A stretch of 20,000 nt of DNA from an uncultured virus (IMG/VR IMGVR_UViG_3300000228_000008) (Duplodnaviria > Heunggongvirae > Uroviricota > Caudoviricetes): IMG/VR virus record IMGVR_UViG_3300000228_000008. One strand, 5' to 3'. Position numbers and translations under genes: made by a program. Of this stretch, positions 17,601 through 20,000 are shown piece after piece; the stretch's first letter is position 1, and every line of letters begins with the position of its first letter. Below the pieces are notes generated by a model. That model made no database searches and was not told the origin of the DNA. It saw only the letters and a program-made list of their open reading frames with translations.

Positions 17601-18722
17601 GTAGATTTGTTTGCCTTTCAAAAGGCTTTAAAACTTTTTGGATCTGTTGCTAAGGCTTCTTCAGAAGAAACTGATGGCCAAATTTTTATGGAAGTTAGGG
17701 GTTCTGGAGAGCTTATATTACTTTGTAATAGTAAGGGCATGTCCATAACACATGTAATACCTAATTGTAACGTTAAGGTCGTAGGTGTAGTTTCCGTACT
17801 ATATGGTAAACTAAGTTCCTTTTTGTCAGCATTCTTTTATCTATCAGAAGGAGTTGGTGTTAAAGATGTAAAAGTAAAAGCATTAAAAAATGAATTGTCT
17901 TTAACCGTAGTTGGCTTAGCTCCAAGTGGTAAAAGTACTTCACATAAACTAAAACTAAAACTCTTTCCCCCGCAAAAGATTTCTTTACCATCCCCGTTTA
18001 CTGATACCACTTTCGAGCTTAACTGCGCTACATTAAAATTAGCATTATCTAAAGTGTTATATGCCGTTAACCCTGCTTCTGTTAGATCTTTTTTACAAGG
18101 TATTAATTTAATTTTTACTGAGGATAATTTATATTTCGCAGGAACTGATGGTCAAAAATTATCAGAGTACAAAACTCCAAACACAAGTAAGTTTTTAAAA
18201 GGTAACCACATAGTTTCTTTTACTTTTTTTAATACTTTAAAAAGAATAATAGGTAGTGATCACCCTGTTTATTTTTCTATGATTGAAGGAAAGATTAAAG
18301 CTAAATTTTTAAATACTGTTTTACATGGTACATTAATTTTAGGTGAAGAATATCCCGATTATCAAAGAGCATTTAATAATTTCACTGATTCTATTGTAGT
18401 AGATAAAAATATATTTCTATCTTGTTTATCTCCAATACTACCCACATTAGACCCAGAAGATCATAACAGATTGACTTTACAAATTAGTAATAAGAAACTT
18501 ACATTAAGTAATGATTACGCGGAAGCAGAATACAGCGACGAGTTAGTATTTGATAAGGACTTTGTTATAGATTTAAATGGTAATTATTTATTAAACACTA
18601 TAAATTCCATAATGGATGATTTAATAACTATACAGTTTTCAAACGATACAAGCGCTTTAATTTTTGATGCTACACAATTTAATAATCAGAAATCTTTAAT
18701 TACTCCTATTAGGAGACATTGA
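17589..18722 (+). CDS. dnaN: DNA polymerase III beta subunit (sliding clamp), 377 aa
   Basis: The true start is probably ATG 17589 (MEFIVD), after GGAG. Motifs: KVLYAV...RSFLQGI...FAGTDGQKL; LILGEEYPDYQRAF; IDLNGNYLLNTI; LITPIR at the C-terminus. Size fits a beta clamp. Confidence 0.92.
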   Translation: MEFIVDLFAFQKALKLFGSVAKASSEETDGQIFMEVRGSGELILLCNSKGMSITHVIPNCNVKVVGVVSVLYGKLSSFLSAFFYLSEGVGVKDVKVKALKNELSLTVVGLAPSGKSTSHKLKLKLFPPQKISLPSPFTDTTFELNCATLKLALSKVLYAVNPASVRSFLQGINLIFTEDNLYFAGTDGQKLSEYKTPNTSKFLKGNHIVSFTFFNTLKRIIGSDHPVYFSMIEGKIKAKFLNTVLHGTLILGEEYPDYQRAFNNFTDSIVVDKNIFLSCLSPILPTLDPEDHNRLTLQISNKKLTLSNDYAEAEYSDELVFDKDFVIDLNGNYLLNTINSIMDDLITIQFSNDTSALIFDATQFNNQKSLITPIRRH

Positions 18723-19297
18723 TGCTTGAACTCACATCATTACAAGCTAAAGTAAAACTTCTTGATGAGCTTTCTTTTTTGGGCAGCAAAGACACAGAAA
18801 AAGAAATAGAACTGGCTTGTGTTGCTTTTTTGAGGGCTATAGATTACAAAGTGGTAAAAAAACCAATATTCGTAACAATAAAAAAACTTGACGAATTAAT
18901 AGATTTGTTTTATAATTTACTAAATTACCATCATAATGACACTTGTGAGTTAGTTTCTAATAGACAAAGAGACAGAAAGATTTTTTCTAGTTTTATAGCT
19001 TATAGACAGGACGAATTAAAATGTTCTTTTAATAATGGACTACAAGATTGTGCAAATATAATTAAAGCTTTATTTATATTTGAAAGTCATTTAGAACTTA
19101 CGGTGCCTTTAGGTACTTGGATATTTAGTAGTACAAAGTATAAATGGCTTGTTGACAGAGTTGTTGGTATGTTAGATGGTAATATGGAATTATTAAATCA
19201 ACGTACTTTGGAAAGGAAAATAGTAGAGGATGAAGCAAATTCAAAAGAATATACTGGTTTTGATTTTAATAAACTAAGGAGATTATATGGCGACTAA
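18722..19297 (+). CDS. Hypothetical alpha-helical protein (191 aa)
   Basis: TGATG overlap with the dnaN stop, AGGAG RBS at 18711-18715. Its stop overlaps the recA start. Confidence 0.75.
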   Translation: MLELTSLQAKVKLLDELSFLGSKDTEKEIELACVAFLRAIDYKVVKKPIFVTIKKLDELIDLFYNLLNYHHNDTCELVSNRQRDRKIFSSFIAYRQDELKCSFNNGLQDCANIIKALFIFESHLELTVPLGTWIFSSTKYKWLVDRVVGMLDGNMELLNQRTLERKIVEDEANSKEYTGFDFNKLRRLYGD

Positions 19298-20000
19298 AAA
19301 GGTTGTTGAAGAAAATACAGAGGTTACTAATACAAAGAAAGTTTCAGCATTTGACATAGCAGTAAAAGCACTAACTAAAAAATTTGGCGATGTTATAAAA
19401 CCTATGAGTGATAAACCACTCATTATAAACACAATATCAACTAGGAGTATTGGGCTAGATGCAGCACTTGGTCGTGGAGGACTTGCTTTAGGTCGTATTT
19501 ATGAGGTCTATGGTCCACCAAGCTCTGGTAAAACCTCATTAGCAATTTCAACAATAGCTGAAGCGCAGTCTCGCAATATGAATTGTGTATTCGTAGATGC
19601 GGAACATGCTGCAGATCCCTCATTGTTTGAAAATATGGGAGTAGATCTTAAAAAACTAACTATTGTGGACCTTTTTACTGGTGAAGATAATCTAATGGTT
19701 GTTGAGTCATTAATTAAAACTGGTGAAATAGATTTAGTAGTTATAGACTCTGTCACATCTTTGATTCCTAAAGTAGCAGCTGAAGCTGAGTTAGATGATA
19801 CCACAATAGCACTATTAGCTCGTTTAATGAGTAAAACATTACTTCGTCTTGTGCCAATGGCTGCTGAAATGCAAACTTGCGTTATTTTCATTAATCAGAC
19901 ACGTAATAAAATTGGAGGATATGGAAATCCGGAGGTTACGTCGGGGGGAGATGCACTATCGTTTTATGCTACTGGGAGGGTAAGAGTGTCAGGTGTGGGG
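19287..20000 (+). CDS. recA: RecA recombinase (3'-truncated by the window; absent from the ORF track)
   Basis: AAGGAG RBS, then ATG 19287. Translation gives ISTRSIGLDAALGRGGLALGRIYEVYGPPSSGKT (Walker A), FVDAEHA, LVVIDSV (Walker B), ARLMSK, IFINQTRNKIG and NPEVTSGGDALSFYA. Confidence 0.97.
   Translation, partial: MATKKVVEENTEVTNTKKVSAFDIAVKALTKKFGDVIKPMSDKPLIINTISTRSIGLDAALGRGGLALGRIYEVYGPPSSGKTSLAISTIAEAQSRNMNCVFVDAEHAADPSLFENMGVDLKKLTIVDLFTGEDNLMVVESLIKTGEIDLVVIDSVTSLIPKVAAEAELDDTTIALLARLMSKTLLRLVPMAAEMQTCVIFINQTRNKIGGYGNPEVTSGGDALSFYATGRVRVSGVG

Noticed and set aside
9..19891. Short minus-strand ORFs (e.g. 9-212, 553-774, 4033-4284, 16807-17100, 17415-17621, 19441-19623, 19508-19891)
   Set aside because: They are antisense shadows of long + strand genes or of the mini-element, with no recognisable motifs.
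1..20000. Stop-codon reassignment, as in some large phages
   Set aside because: Coding density is near complete under code 11, and TAG and TGA both end genes at sensible boundaries.
1..20000. CRISPR array, tRNA, or diversity-generating retroelement template/variable repeat
   Set aside because: No spaced direct repeats, cloverleaf, reverse transcriptase or near-identical nucleotide repeat pair was seen by eye. A DGR template elsewhere in the genome cannot be excluded.

Overview
AT-rich (about 30% GC by eye), gene-dense window with every credible gene on the + strand. It is most consistent with a large (jumbo/huge) bacteriophage genome using the standard code (TAA, TAG and TGA all act as stops). 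Positions 1-17335 hold a virion/tail-type module: giant beta-rich proteins with F5/8C-, LamG-, DUF2341-, DNRLRE- and propeller-like domains, a 702-aa repeat protein and a small Cys-rich protein. From 17589 to the end is a replication/recombination module: a sliding clamp (dnaN-like), a hypothetical protein and recA, which is truncated by the window end and missing from the ORF track. The most notable signal lies in the only two sizeable intergenic gaps (858-1014 and 17336-17588). Each holds what looks like a miniature, internally deleted IS607/TnpB-derived element. Both retain transposon ends and omegaRNA-like sequence, and each appears inserted in the GG of the Shine-Dalgarno site of an operon's lead gene, so any RNA guide would cover that gene's start codon. 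Family calls come from motif recognition only; no searches were run.
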